Shown here: piece after piece, positions 25,398 to 34,845 of the stretch
How positions within the stretch are numbered: the first letter of the stretch is position 1
Layout: every line of letters starts with the position of its first letter
Sequence record: PQ488502.1
DNA length: 64,000 bases
Reading direction: 5' to 3' (one strand)
Source: Escherichia phage BUCT632
Made by a program: the position numbers and the translations under genes
Notes under the pieces: model-generated
Told to the model about the DNA's origin: nothing
What the model saw: only the letters and a program-made list of their open reading frames with translations
Databases searched by the model: none

Positions 25398-25803
25398 GTG
25401 GTATATCCTGGGAGCAGGTCTAGCGATAGGCATCGGGTTCGGTGCTTATCACTTAGTAAATAAAGTGGAGACTTTGGCGGGAGATCTTGCGGTAGCTACT
25501 AAAAAGATTTCTTCTCTAGAGACTTCCCTTAACAAGGTGAAAGCTGAAAGCGAACTTCGTGAGACTAGAATGAATCAGTATTTCACGATGAATAATATTT
25601 CTCAAGCAGATCTAGATAAGAAAATTAGTCAGCTTGATAAAGCACTTAGTCGTCAAGACATTATAGCTGCAAAGCCTAGATTGGTAACATTAATTGCTAA
25701 AAAGCAGGGTAAGGAGTTCGAGGAAAGATTAGCATGTTTAACTGGAAACTTGGAATACTGCTCGCAGCCGCAATCACAATCACAGGCTGTGCACAAGAAA
25801 TAA
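25354..25803 (+). CDS. Membrane-anchored coiled-coil protein (i-spanin-like candidate)
   Basis: N-terminal TM ILGAGLAIGIGFGAY then coiled coil; 3' end overlapped by lipoprotein ORF. Confidence 0.4.
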   Translation: MDLIQKLLSGIWHGKWYILGAGLAIGIGFGAYHLVNKVETLAGDLAVATKKISSLETSLNKVKAESELRETRMNQYFTMNNISQADLDKKISQLDKALSRQDIIAAKPRLVTLIAKKQGKEFEERLACLTGNLEYCSQPQSQSQAVHKK

Positions 25804-26087
25804 AGACAGAATCTACACATGAGCTACCAACAGCTCATGTAGACTGGCCCAAAGGACTTCAACCTTGTAGCTTTGACTTTAAGTTTGAAAAGAAATTAGC
25901 TACAAATGGAGAAGATGGCGTAGTAGTTGTTGTACCATATAAAGACTGGAATATGTTGGCAAAATGCCGTGAGGCAGAATATTCCTATATTTCACGACTG
26001 ACTGGTATGGTTTGCTTCTATCGCCAAGATTTACAAGAAAAACGTTGCTTAGTTTACTATCCACCAATTAACAATAGGAAAGATTAA
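25734..26087 (+). CDS. Lipoprotein (o-spanin-like candidate)
   Basis: signal peptide with lipobox ITGC; starts inside preceding gene, as in Rz/Rz1-type pairs. Confidence 0.4.
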   Translation: MFNWKLGILLAAAITITGCAQEIKTESTHELPTAHVDWPKGLQPCSFDFKFEKKLATNGEDGVVVVVPYKDWNMLAKCREAEYSYISRLTGMVCFYRQDLQEKRCLVYYPPINNRKD

Positions 26088-26839
26088 TGTCAGTATTAGT
26101 CGGTTTACATGGTGAAGCTGGTTCGGGAAAAGATACTGTTGCAAAATTAATTATCGATTGGTGTAATGACACGTATCCAACGTGTTTACCCCGTCGTTAC
26201 AGTTTTGCTAAGCCCGTTTATGAACTTGCATCCGTAATCCTCGGTGTAACTCCAGAGTTTCTAGGAGAGCGCAGGGGAAAAGAGGTTGACCAATGGTTTA
26301 CAGTCACACAATCTCAATTGGAGCGAGCCAGAGATGTGTGGTTTAAGTACGGTATCGATAAGTTTGAAGACTTCTCGTACGTTTGGCCTATTTTTGAGGA
26401 AAAATATCTTAATCCTCAACAACTTATCTCAGAGAATAAAGAAGACGGACTTTATAGTTTATTTATTTCTCCGAGAAAAATGTTACAGCTCGTAGGGACA
26501 GAGCTAGGAAGGCAGCTGGTGCATGAACGCATTTGGCTCATAATTCTGGAGCAATCCATCGCTAAAGACGACCCAGATGTCGCCGTAATAACAGATGTTA
26601 GATTCCCCAATGAAGGAGAGCTACTCAGAGAAACAAACCATTTAGATATGGATTCTTTGATAGTAAATGTAGTACCCGCTGAGCAGAAGTTCACTATTAA
26701 ATCAGATCATCCATCTGAAAGTGGTATTCCTGCAAAATATATTACTCACGAATTAGTTAATAAATTCGATGGTATCAATAACCTTAAACTAGAAGTTTAT
26801 AACTTCTGTGACTTAGAGCTAGAACCACTAGTAGGATAA
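26087..26839 (+). CDS. Deoxynucleoside monophosphate kinase (P-loop NTPase)
   Basis: 250 aa, Walker A GLHGEAGSGKDT at N-terminus; length matches recalled T5 dNMP kinase. Confidence 0.6.
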   Translation: MSVLVGLHGEAGSGKDTVAKLIIDWCNDTYPTCLPRRYSFAKPVYELASVILGVTPEFLGERRGKEVDQWFTVTQSQLERARDVWFKYGIDKFEDFSYVWPIFEEKYLNPQQLISENKEDGLYSLFISPRKMLQLVGTELGRQLVHERIWLIILEQSIAKDDPDVAVITDVRFPNEGELLRETNHLDMDSLIVNVVPAEQKFTIKSDHPSESGIPAKYITHELVNKFDGINNLKLEVYNFCDLELEPLVG

Positions 26840-26851
26840 TCAAGGATCGCT

Positions 26852-27451
26852 ATGACTAATAAAAAAGAAGAAAAGACTAACCTGTTTCACTCCATTCGCC
26901 AATCTAACGAGTATACCTTTTTCTTTGATGAAGAATTAGGGCCGCCGGATGAATACCGTGATTTATCAATGGTACTTATGCAGGCAAATGAGGACGACGA
27001 AATTAATCTGATGATTAATGGCCCGGGTGGTTATGTTGATACTGCTGCACAGTTATCTAACTTAATTGCTAATTGCCGTGGAACAGTTATAGGACATCTG
27101 ATTGGTCCTAGTGCTTCTGCTTACTGCACAATTTTCCTATCCTGTCATGGATGGGTAGTACATCCACATGCTACGCTAATGGGACACACGTTCTCTGGCG
27201 GGTTCTGTGAGAAAGGTCAAGAAATCAAGAAAGCCTATGAATCTTACAACAAGTTTGTAGAAGATATGATGCTAGATGTCTACTATCCATTTTTCTCAAT
27301 AGATGAAATCGACGAGATGGTAAAAGACAACAAAAATATCTATCTAGATAGCAAAGAAATCCATAAGCGTATTGAAATCTTGGCAAAATATCGATCTGAG
27401 CAATATAATAAAGCCCAGTTACCTCAATCCGGGGAGCACAACGAAGAGTAA
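26852..27451 (+). CDS. ClpP-like serine protease domain protein (tentative)
   Basis: LMINGPGG and GPSASAY segments resemble ClpP INSPGG and GxAAS(M)G motifs. Confidence 0.4.
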   Translation: MTNKKEEKTNLFHSIRQSNEYTFFFDEELGPPDEYRDLSMVLMQANEDDEINLMINGPGGYVDTAAQLSNLIANCRGTVIGHLIGPSASAYCTIFLSCHGWVVHPHATLMGHTFSGGFCEKGQEIKKAYESYNKFVEDMMLDVYYPFFSIDEIDEMVKDNKNIYLDSKEIHKRIEILAKYRSEQYNKAQLPQSGEHNEE

Positions 27452-27459
27452 GTAATTTT

Positions 27460-27493
27460 AAGCCAGGGTTTAACGACCCTGGCTTTTCTTTTA
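27460..27493 (+). terminator. Rho-independent terminator
   Basis: AGCCAGGGT-TTAAC-GACCCTGGCT hairpin followed by TTTCTTTT. Confidence 0.75.
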
Positions 27494-27554
27494 TCTAAAA
27501 TTCTTCTTGACAACGACAAAATTTTATGCTCCAGAAGTGATCTTTAAAAACACA

Positions 27555-27582
27555 TTGTAATTTTCCTCCAAAATTAGTATAA
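27555..27582 (+). promoter_or_regulatory. sigma70-type promoter ahead of lysis genes
   Basis: TTGTAA 27555-27560, 16-nt spacer, TATAAT 27577-27582. Confidence 0.45.
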
Positions 27583-27607
27583 TGGTACTGGTTAGAGGAG
27601 GTTACAA

Positions 27608-28264
27608 TTGGAAAAGTTCTTACAATTATTAACGGTACTGCTCCAAGAAGCGAAAGATCCAGCATCGCTTCTTAAACGTCTGCTAACTATCTTAGTTGCT
27701 GTCATTATTTTCTTATTTGTTAGTAATACTAGCGAGGTGATGTCATTCTTAAAGACTTTCTCCACGTCTGCGGTTCTACAGGATGTTCAAACTCAAAGGA
27801 TAGATAACTTTCCTAATGTAGCTAGAGAGAAGAGCATGGTACTCTTTTCTCAAACGGGTGCGGATGCTGTTTTTGTCGTCAAGTATAAACCCGATGCCAT
27901 TAATGATTATTCTAACATTATTGCATGGGAAAGCAATGCGCAATTAGATAGGGCTGACTTGGCCGATAAAGCGGTAAATAAAACGTCTGAGCTATATAGA
28001 CGTCACTTGGAAGGCTTTAACTACGCATCGGATTTAAGTGTAAAAGTAAATAAATACATGGGGTTAAATATACCTGCGTTTAAGAACGTTACTTTTAATT
28101 ACATATACACTTGTCCGTATTTCAATCTAAACAATATCTATGCTGGATATATTGGTATTGCTTGGAAAGATAATCCTGTAGATGCAGCCGATTCTGAGAA
28201 ATTTAACGAGTATTTAACAAAGCTCTGTTCCCCACAACAGAGATCTTTAGGTAGATCAATATGA
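27608..28264 (+). CDS. Holin-like membrane protein (candidate)
   Basis: 218-aa ORF directly upstream of and overlapping endolysin; N-terminal TM LTILVAVIIFLFV; TTG start after AGGAGG RBS. Confidence 0.4.
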   Translation: MEKFLQLLTVLLQEAKDPASLLKRLLTILVAVIIFLFVSNTSEVMSFLKTFSTSAVLQDVQTQRIDNFPNVAREKSMVLFSQTGADAVFVVKYKPDAINDYSNIIAWESNAQLDRADLADKAVNKTSELYRRHLEGFNYASDLSVKVNKYMGLNIPAFKNVTFNYIYTCPYFNLNNIYAGYIGIAWKDNPVDAADSEKFNEYLTKLCSPQQRSLGRSI

Positions 28265-28674
28265 GTTTTAAATTTGGTAAAAATAGCGAAAAACAATTAG
28301 CTACCGTTAAGCCAGAGCTACAAAAAGTAGCTCGTAGAGCTTTAGAATTATCTCCGTATGATTTCACGATCGTACAGGGTATTCGTACAGTAGCACAAAG
28401 TGCCCAGAATATTGCTAATGGTACTTCATTTTTAAAAGATCCTAGTAAAAGCAAGCATATTACTGGGGATGCCCTTGATTTTGCTCCATACATTAATGGC
28501 AAAATTGATTGGAATGATTTAGAAGCATTTTGGGCAGTTAAAAAGGCTTTTGAACAAGCTGGTAAAGAACTGGGCATTAAACTTCGCTTTGGTGCTGATT
28601 GGAATGCTTCGGGAGATTATCACGATGAAATAAAACGTGGTACCTATGATGGCGGTCATGTCGAACTAGTTTAA
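28261..28674 (+). CDS. Endolysin, L-alanyl-D-glutamate peptidase (peptidase M15 / VanY-like)
   Basis: 137 aa; zinc-peptidase motifs HITGDALDF and DGGHVEL; length matches recalled T5 endolysin. Confidence 0.75.
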   Translation: MSFKFGKNSEKQLATVKPELQKVARRALELSPYDFTIVQGIRTVAQSAQNIANGTSFLKDPSKSKHITGDALDFAPYINGKIDWNDLEAFWAVKKAFEQAGKELGIKLRFGADWNASGDYHDEIKRGTYDGGHVELV

Positions 28675-28683
28675 TTAATAACT

Positions 28684-28708
28684 GAGGCGGGAATATTCCC
28701 GCCTTTTT
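28684..28708 (+). terminator. Rho-independent terminator
   Basis: GGCGGGA-ATATT-CCCGCC hairpin followed by TTTTT. Confidence 0.75.
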
Positions 28709-28751
28709 AGGCAAAGGGGGCTTTAATAATTTTTGAAGATAGGAGAAAGCC

Positions 28752-29168
28752 ATGTTTGCAGAACTATTCACTATGATGCTGCTAGGTATCTGGAAAATAA
28801 GTCTAGTAGTATTCGTTTTAATGATAGTCTTTACTATCCTTGCATTAACTACCCGAAATAGCTTATTAATAAAGGTTATTCACGGACTAGAGTATATAAT
28901 TATGGGTTCATTCGGCGTTTGTAAATGCAATTGCCATAGAGATACGAAATATTGTTGGTTATGGATGGAACTAGAGAATCCTATATCCATAGCTTTGGCT
29001 GTTTCATTCGGTATGATTCTTATGGCCCTTACTCTAGCATTAATACCTTTGATGTTAGCTGGGGGAGTTACAGCGTATTTCACCCTTTTCTCCCCGATAC
29101 TTATGTACTCAATTTACCCAATAACTATGTATCTAGTTAGGAAAAGATTTATACATGTAGTAGATTAA
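28752..29168 (+). CDS. Hypothetical multi-pass membrane protein
   Basis: 138-aa ORF with several hydrophobic segments. Confidence 0.4.
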   Translation: MFAELFTMMLLGIWKISLVVFVLMIVFTILALTTRNSLLIKVIHGLEYIIMGSFGVCKCNCHRDTKYCWLWMELENPISIALAVSFGMILMALTLALIPLMLAGGVTAYFTLFSPILMYSIYPITMYLVRKRFIHVVD

Positions 29169-29181
29169 GATAAAAAAGTAG

Positions 29182-29210
29182 TTGACTTTTAGTCCTAGTT
29201 ATTATATAAT
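29182..29210 (+). promoter_or_regulatory. PN25-type sigma70 promoter
   Basis: TTGACT 29182-29187, 17-nt spacer, TATAAT 29205-29210. Confidence 0.6.
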
Positions 29211-29243
29211 ATATACATAAATTAGTTAAGAGAGGTATATATT

Positions 29244-29675
29244 ATGTCTGATCGTTTCTATACTCAAATGGCGGAACATTTTCGTATACCACATTACGAG
29301 CTAAACATTGCACTCCGTGATCATGACTCTCCTGAGTACAAAAAGCTCGAAAAGAAAGCGGAAAAATCTATTGATACAAAGGTAGGTGCATCTATGTCTA
29401 AGGGCAAAAAGTTAACTCGTCTTGATCTTAATAAAATTTTAACTGAACTTTTGGGTACTGATATTGAAGGTGCTAAATTACCGCTTCTTGTACTAGAGAC
29501 TATGATTAAAAAGGTCAAAAATAAAGAGTATAAAAAGGTAGAAGTCCCAGAAGGCAGATTAAAAGCTCCTTATCAGGAAGCATTAACCGAGTGTTTGGGT
29601 GTAAATCTTGATCTAAGCACTGCAACCGTAAAAACTATGAGAAACTTCTTAGAGGCCATTAATAACTATGAGTAA
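29244..29675 (+). CDS. Hypothetical protein
   Basis: 143-aa ORF downstream of promoter. Confidence 0.45.
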   Translation: MSDRFYTQMAEHFRIPHYELNIALRDHDSPEYKKLEKKAEKSIDTKVGASMSKGKKLTRLDLNKILTELLGTDIEGAKLPLLVLETMIKKVKNKEYKKVEVPEGRLKAPYQEALTECLGVNLDLSTATVKTMRNFLEAINNYE

Positions 29676-29958
29676 ATTAGTATATCTATTGAAAGGTTCC
29701 ACTTGCAATCCTTGCAAAATGTTTGAGCCAGTATTTGATAAAGTAGTCAATGACTATAATTTGGAAATCCATAAAGAGACTGATAATACAGAATTAATGC
29801 AGAAATTTGGTGTGCGCCAAGTTCCTGTAGTAGTTCTGGCGGATCGCTTACCTAATGGTCGAGTAGAAGCTAATCATATTCTGATTGGACGTCAGCTTCG
29901 TAAAGAAACTATGCACGAAGCTATTAAAAATTTCCTGGATGATAATCCAGAGGACTAA
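29668..29958 (+). CDS. Thioredoxin/glutaredoxin-like protein
   Basis: 96-aa ORF with CNPC active-site-like motif (STCNPCKMFEP). Confidence 0.5.
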   Translation: MSKLVYLLKGSTCNPCKMFEPVFDKVVNDYNLEIHKETDNTELMQKFGVRQVPVVVLADRLPNGRVEANHILIGRQLRKETMHEAIKNFLDDNPED

Positions 29959-29965
29959 TAAACAA

Positions 29966-29997
29966 AGCCTGATCTTAGCTGATCAGGCTTTTATTTT
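29966..29997 (+). terminator. Rho-independent terminator
   Basis: AGCCTGATC-TTAGCT-GATCAGGCT hairpin followed by TTTATTTT. Confidence 0.75.
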
Positions 29998-29999
29998 AC

Positions 30000-30028
30000 T
30001 TGCTTTTTGCTAAAAATTTTGGTATAAT
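30000..30028 (+). promoter_or_regulatory. PN25-type sigma70 promoter
   Basis: TTGCTT 30000-30005, 17-nt spacer, TATAAT 30023-30028. Confidence 0.6.
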
Positions 30029-30137
30029 ACTTATATAAATTGATGAGAGACATTAATATGATTATGTCACATATCTTTGTATGGATTTTAGTCATATTAA
30101 TGGCTTTCTTTGTCCTTCAAGAAATAGGAGTATTACG

Positions 30138-30515
30138 ATGAACTATGCATATCTTATTATTAATAATAATGTAGTTTGTGGTACTCGCGCCGTTGAGATG
30201 GGTATTACAGAAGAAAAGTATAAGTCACTTCCAGAAAAGGAACAACAATATTATGTTGAAGAAGCTGCTTGGGAATATGCTGATGTTTATCCCGAACAAC
30301 GTGAAGATCGCGTTACTATTGTTGTTTCTTTGGGGTTGGTTGGCTGTGATACCGAAGTTGATACAGACCTAGAGACTTTAGAAGAATGGGGAGAATTAGA
30401 CATTTTAGCTAAAAACTCTTTAATCCGTGAGGCTTTTTGGGAAGCAGTTGACTGCCATGTTGTCTTTGAGCCTAACGATGAGGAAGCTGAGAAGCATACT
30501 AATCACTGGAGATAA
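30138..30515 (+). CDS. Hypothetical acidic protein
   Basis: ORF from ATG 30138 with GGAG RBS. Confidence 0.4.
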   Translation: MNYAYLIINNNVVCGTRAVEMGITEEKYKSLPEKEQQYYVEEAAWEYADVYPEQREDRVTIVVSLGLVGCDTEVDTDLETLEEWGELDILAKNSLIREAFWEAVDCHVVFEPNDEEAEKHTNHWR

Positions 30516-30519
30516 TTAA

Positions 30520-30765
30520 ATGTTAGCAGAACAAGCAAAACGTTTAACCAGAATAAATAGAGCTGCACTTCTTAAGAGCAGAAAGAAATCATATAAGTAT
30601 GTTAAAAAGAGAATAGTTTCTTCTGTGGAGATTGGGGGTTCTTTTGTACAGTTTAATCGTGATGAAATTAGTTATGAAGCTATAAAAGCCCTCTATAAAG
30701 AGGGTTATACTCTCCAACTATCTAATGATTATGGCACAACTATTTTAACTGTTATTTGGGAATAA
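30520..30765 (+). CDS. Hypothetical small basic protein
   Basis: 81-aa ORF. Confidence 0.4.
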   Translation: MLAEQAKRLTRINRAALLKSRKKSYKYVKKRIVSSVEIGGSFVQFNRDEISYEAIKALYKEGYTLQLSNDYGTTILTVIWE

Positions 30766-30767
30766 TT

Positions 30768-31631
30768 ATGAAAAAAGAATTTAATGTACATAAAACTCTA
30801 GTAGTGCCTGATGACGCCAACTTATTTTTCGTTGGTGATATTCATGGATGCAATGATTTGCTAGAAGATGCGTTGAAATTAGCAGGGTATAATGGCAAAA
30901 AAGATTGCTTAGTATGTGTTGGTGACTTAATTGACCGAGGCACACAAAACCTACAAGTTTTAGCCAAATTCCTGTATAATCCACATTTTATCAGTGTCCG
31001 TGGTAATCATGACCAATTTATGATTGCAGGAGATTGGGCTAATTGGATGTATAACGGTGGTATGTGGGCTATGGATGAGCTGGATGCAGACACCATTAAA
31101 AATATTGCCGAAGATATGGCTGAAAAAATGCCAGTATTCCTAACTGTTAGACATCGTGGTAAGAAGTATGGTGTTGTTCACGGTGGCGTACCTTTTACGT
31201 ACAAAGAATGTGGTAATGAAGTAGAAACCCCAATATGGGATAATCTTATTGCACAAGTAGAAGCAGCTAAGGAAGACCCACATGACCATCCTGGATACCA
31301 TATTGAACCATATTTATGGGATCGAGATGTAATCCAAGAAATAGGCTTCTACTTGTCCAAAAATGGTGAAGAACACCCGTATTTCCAGCGTTATGCAGGA
31401 TTTAAAGAAAAATATATGGTAGAAGTGCCAGAGGTTAAAGGGGTAGATTTCGTATTTCACGGACATACTGGGGTTCCTTACCCACTTCTTTATAAAAACC
31501 GTGTTTATCTTGATACTGGCGGTGTTTTCAACGGGCAGTTGACGATTGCGCAAGTTAATGATGAAACGGGTAAAATCACCACATTTACTACACTCCGGGA
31601 AGATAGCTGTGGTGTACAGAGGGTTCTTTAA
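30768..31631 (+). CDS. Serine/threonine protein phosphatase (PPP-family metallophosphatase)
   Basis: motifs GDIHG, GDLIDRG, GNHD in canonical order. Confidence 0.75.
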   Translation: MKKEFNVHKTLVVPDDANLFFVGDIHGCNDLLEDALKLAGYNGKKDCLVCVGDLIDRGTQNLQVLAKFLYNPHFISVRGNHDQFMIAGDWANWMYNGGMWAMDELDADTIKNIAEDMAEKMPVFLTVRHRGKKYGVVHGGVPFTYKECGNEVETPIWDNLIAQVEAAKEDPHDHPGYHIEPYLWDRDVIQEIGFYLSKNGEEHPYFQRYAGFKEKYMVEVPEVKGVDFVFHGHTGVPYPLLYKNRVYLDTGGVFNGQLTIAQVNDETGKITTFTTLREDSCGVQRVL

Positions 31632-32152
31632 TGAAAGTTCGCTTTTGGAGTGATCTCCACTTGTGGCATGCAAATATTACTAAATTCAGACCAATCTTCT
31701 CTACTATGGAAGAGCATGACGAATTTATTATGGATACTATTACATCCGTGAAAGATAAGCGTACAGTATTCTATATTTTAGGAGACGCATTTGTATCTAG
31801 AAATGGTTTGGAGAAGTTCGAAAAACTCTTTGGCAATGTTAGAACTACGTTAGTTTTGGGAAACCACGACTTAGAACGAGAAGGATTATCTTTCAAAGAC
31901 TTAATAGGGATTGTAGATAATGTACAATCACTAGTTAAGTATAAAAACTTCTGGCTTTCCCATGCTCCAATACACCATGGGGAGCTGAGAGGTAAGAAGA
32001 ACTTACATGGGCATACTCACTTTGAGCTAATGGGGGATCCTCGTTATATTAACGTTTGTGTCGAGTATGCAAAATCACCAGTACGTCTGGAAGACATCAT
32101 GAGTGGTAAGTATACCTCACATGATAAAACTAGCTGGATGTTAAATGTCTGA
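31631..32152 (+). CDS. Calcineurin-like metallophosphoesterase
   Basis: 173 aa; SDLHLWH, GDAF, GNHDLE, HGHTHFE motifs. Confidence 0.6.
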   Translation: MKVRFWSDLHLWHANITKFRPIFSTMEEHDEFIMDTITSVKDKRTVFYILGDAFVSRNGLEKFEKLFGNVRTTLVLGNHDLEREGLSFKDLIGIVDNVQSLVKYKNFWLSHAPIHHGELRGKKNLHGHTHFELMGDPRYINVCVEYAKSPVRLEDIMSGKYTSHDKTSWMLNV

Positions 32153-32260
32153 GTATATAGCTGAGGCTATTATTAAACGAATCATACAAGCGATAGCAAT
32201 ACTTATAATCATTTATATTGCTATTGGCACAGGATTAGGCATTTTAATTAAAAGTTTTAT

Positions 32261-32289
32261 TTGCTAAAATGCTTAAGTTTCTGTATAAT
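32261..32289 (+). promoter_or_regulatory. PN25-type sigma70 promoter
   Basis: TTGCTA 32261-32266, 17-nt spacer, TATAAT 32284-32289. Confidence 0.6.
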
Positions 32290-32319
32290 TACTTTATAAA
32301 TTGATGAGAGGGAATCAAA

Positions 32320-32751
32320 ATGAACAAAGTTGATAAAGCTCTAGTTTTCGCAGCAGCAGATAAGTTTGAACAAGTTAAGGCAACTTTCCGAACCTTATTC
32401 CAGTCTTACGTTCAGGATAAGTCTAACCCTATCTCTGAACGTTTGATGGTCTGGGAATGTCATGCTTGCAATGCCCTATTAATTGCTGATTATCGTAGCG
32501 ATATAGATAAAGATCTGTGCGAAATTCTTATCCCTGAGGAGGCAGAACGTTATCAGTTAATCTCTTTCCAAGATTTGGCGGAGCATATCATTCCTGATGA
32601 TCTTTGGGATAAATACTATGGTGATCCTGAAGATGAAGGAATGACTCCAGAAGCCTGTATTGAGCTGATCTGCAAAGATCATCCTGAAATTGCAGAGAAA
32701 TTTGAAAAAGTTTTTGCTTCTGAGTTCTCCGGCGTTGTTAACGATTGGTAA
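32320..32751 (+). CDS. Hypothetical acidic protein
   Basis: 143-aa ORF downstream of promoter. Confidence 0.45.
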   Translation: MNKVDKALVFAAADKFEQVKATFRTLFQSYVQDKSNPISERLMVWECHACNALLIADYRSDIDKDLCEILIPEEAERYQLISFQDLAEHIIPDDLWDKYYGDPEDEGMTPEACIELICKDHPEIAEKFEKVFASEFSGVVNDW

Positions 32752-32768
32752 GTAATTAAAAAATTCAG

Positions 32769-32797
32769 TTGCTTTAAGCCTTAAAATTCTGTATAAT
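32769..32797 (+). promoter_or_regulatory. PN25-type sigma70 promoter
   Basis: TTGCTT 32769-32774, 17-nt spacer, TATAAT 32792-32797. Confidence 0.6.
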
Positions 32798-32829
32798 AAG
32801 TTCATAAATTAATGAGAGAGGAAATTCTA

Positions 32830-33081
32830 ATGGAAAACATGACTAAAAACGAAATGGCTAACGTTCTGGCAATTCTCCTCGACATGCAGGGTTTTGAGGG
32901 TCAGCTCATGAAGATGTCTATTCCAGCAATGAAAAAGATGTATGATTCTCTGAATAAGAATGCTATGGCATTCAACCTTGCAAAACAGGAAGCACGTTTT
33001 GCTAAAGAGCATCAGGCGACTGCCGAACGCCGTGCAGCATCTTTTGAGCGTGAAGTTAAGCAACTGAAAGGTAAGAAATAA
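32830..33081 (+). CDS. Hypothetical protein
   Basis: ORF from ATG 32830 downstream of promoter. Confidence 0.45.
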   Translation: MENMTKNEMANVLAILLDMQGFEGQLMKMSIPAMKKMYDSLNKNAMAFNLAKQEARFAKEHQATAERRAASFEREVKQLKGKK

Positions 33082-33247
33082 TAATGGAAAGAGTATCAAT
33101 TTCAATACTGTCATTCCTTATAGGAATACTAATATATAATATGGTTTCTCTTAACATACGCTTAACTGAAGTAGACAAGTCTCTTCATGAGCTAAACGTA
33201 GAGATTTGCAAAGTAACTCCAAATAACGAAAAATGTAGGGGTATTTA

Positions 33248-33529
33248 ATGTTAATTGAAATTCTCATTGGATTGCTAGTGCTTATGACACTAGCAGCGAT
33301 TGGTGGAGTTATTGGTATTGTAAGCATACGAAAAAATATGGAGAGTATGCTTATTACTAATAGTGGACTCCACTGTCGCTTAATAGAACAAGAACAAGAT
33401 ATTGAACTAGCACAAAGACGCTCAGATATTCTAAAAGAAAAACTAAACAATATTGAAGCAATAGCTGGGGATACAAAATTACCTAATAAAGTAATGCGTG
33501 CACAGATAATTACGGAGATTAAAAAATGA
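33248..33529 (+). CDS. Hypothetical membrane protein
   Basis: 93-aa ORF, N-terminal TM segment. Confidence 0.4.
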   Translation: MLIEILIGLLVLMTLAAIGGVIGIVSIRKNMESMLITNSGLHCRLIEQEQDIELAQRRSDILKEKLNNIEAIAGDTKLPNKVMRAQIITEIKK

Positions 33530-33771
33530 TGATGTTTATTCTAGCGTTTTATCTAATTGTGGTTGGTGTACTGGTTACTAAATACCACACATGGACGCCA
33601 AAGAATGTTGTTAAGGTAGCCTTATTTGTTATTCCAGTTCCACTTATTATCTTTTCTATGTTACTGGTGATGTTAGTTGGTAAAGTAACAAAAACCGATA
33701 TTAAACGTATTGCTGATGAATTGCAACAGTCTTGTGATATGGTAGAGGATATTCTTAAAGATGAAGCTTAA
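33526..33771 (+). CDS. Hypothetical membrane protein
   Basis: 81-aa ORF with two TM segments. Confidence 0.4.
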   Translation: MMMFILAFYLIVVGVLVTKYHTWTPKNVVKVALFVIPVPLIIFSMLLVMLVGKVTKTDIKRIADELQQSCDMVEDILKDEA

Positions 33772-34087
33772 TTTTAATGAATTAAATACCTTACATGAGA
33801 TACTACAGTTTGTGAATAATAATATTAGTATTCCAGATGATACATTAGAAGTTCTCACGTTAATCGAGAAAAAGGTAGGAATTGAGATTGAGGACTCTTG
33901 GAAACCACTTTCTGTATTAACACCACTTAATATGAAAGTGATAGTTAAAAATATTGATACTGGTGAAGAGTGTGAAATGATTCGTAAAGAACTAGCTGAT
34001 AGCTATTCACCAAAGTCTGTAGTAATGTACCATGATGATACCGCTAAGACTCTACAGACAGCTAATTACGTATGGCGTCTCCCATGA
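33761..34087 (+). CDS. Hypothetical protein
   Basis: 108-aa ORF. Confidence 0.45.
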   Translation: MKLNFNELNTLHEILQFVNNNISIPDDTLEVLTLIEKKVGIEIEDSWKPLSVLTPLNMKVIVKNIDTGEECEMIRKELADSYSPKSVVMYHDDTAKTLQTANYVWRLP

Positions 34088-34383
34088 TTGATTTAGTACC
34101 AATTACTGCGGGGCTAATAGCACTATTAGTGCTTGCAGTTTTTATTATTGTGGAGCAGGCCAAAGTAATAAGGAGACTTAAAAACAATGATAAAACGTCT
34201 TGTTTATCAGGCACCAAAGATTGTAACTGAGTATTTTGTATTACTTCCTCAGATTGTATTTCTAACAGCATTATTTAATATACTTTTTCGACATCTAGGA
34301 ATAACGGAAAATATCTTCTACACTTCTGGACTACTTCCTTTTATGTACGAAGGCATCATCGTGGCAATTAACGGAGTTCGTAA

Positions 34384-34845
34384 ATGACAGCACTACAACA
34401 ACTACAGAATTACTGGTTTGATAATCAATTTAACGATCTCTTTATCCAGTTATTTGTCGAAACGAACGGACGCTTCAACTACCGATTCTTTAATAAGTTT
34501 CATGAAACAAAATTCTCCCATACAGAAATTAATGCAGCGATCCAAGACCTAACTGGTTCTAAAGTAGTTCAATATCGTGAAGTAGACTTTACACCAGATT
34601 GTTTTGGGTTTGAATTGTTTAAGAAAGCATATAAATTTGGTAAGTTTGAAGATGCTCGTCAATGGGTTCATGATTTCTGGTACAACACTGATATTGTTCC
34701 TAGTCGTGTACTGATTCTTAACTGGATTGCTAAACAACATCCACCTAAAACTCAATCGTCCTTCTTACCAACTGACACAGGAAACCTCTACCATGACAGA
34801 AAAGAAAAATCCATTGCTGGAGCAGATGAAGGAATGGGAGAGTAA
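34384..34845 (+). CDS. Hypothetical protein
   Basis: 153-aa ORF. Confidence 0.45.
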   Translation: MTALQQLQNYWFDNQFNDLFIQLFVETNGRFNYRFFNKFHETKFSHTEINAAIQDLTGSKVVQYREVDFTPDCFGFELFKKAYKFGKFEDARQWVHDFWYNTDIVPSRVLILNWIAKQHPPKTQSSFLPTDTGNLYHDRKEKSIAGADEGMGE

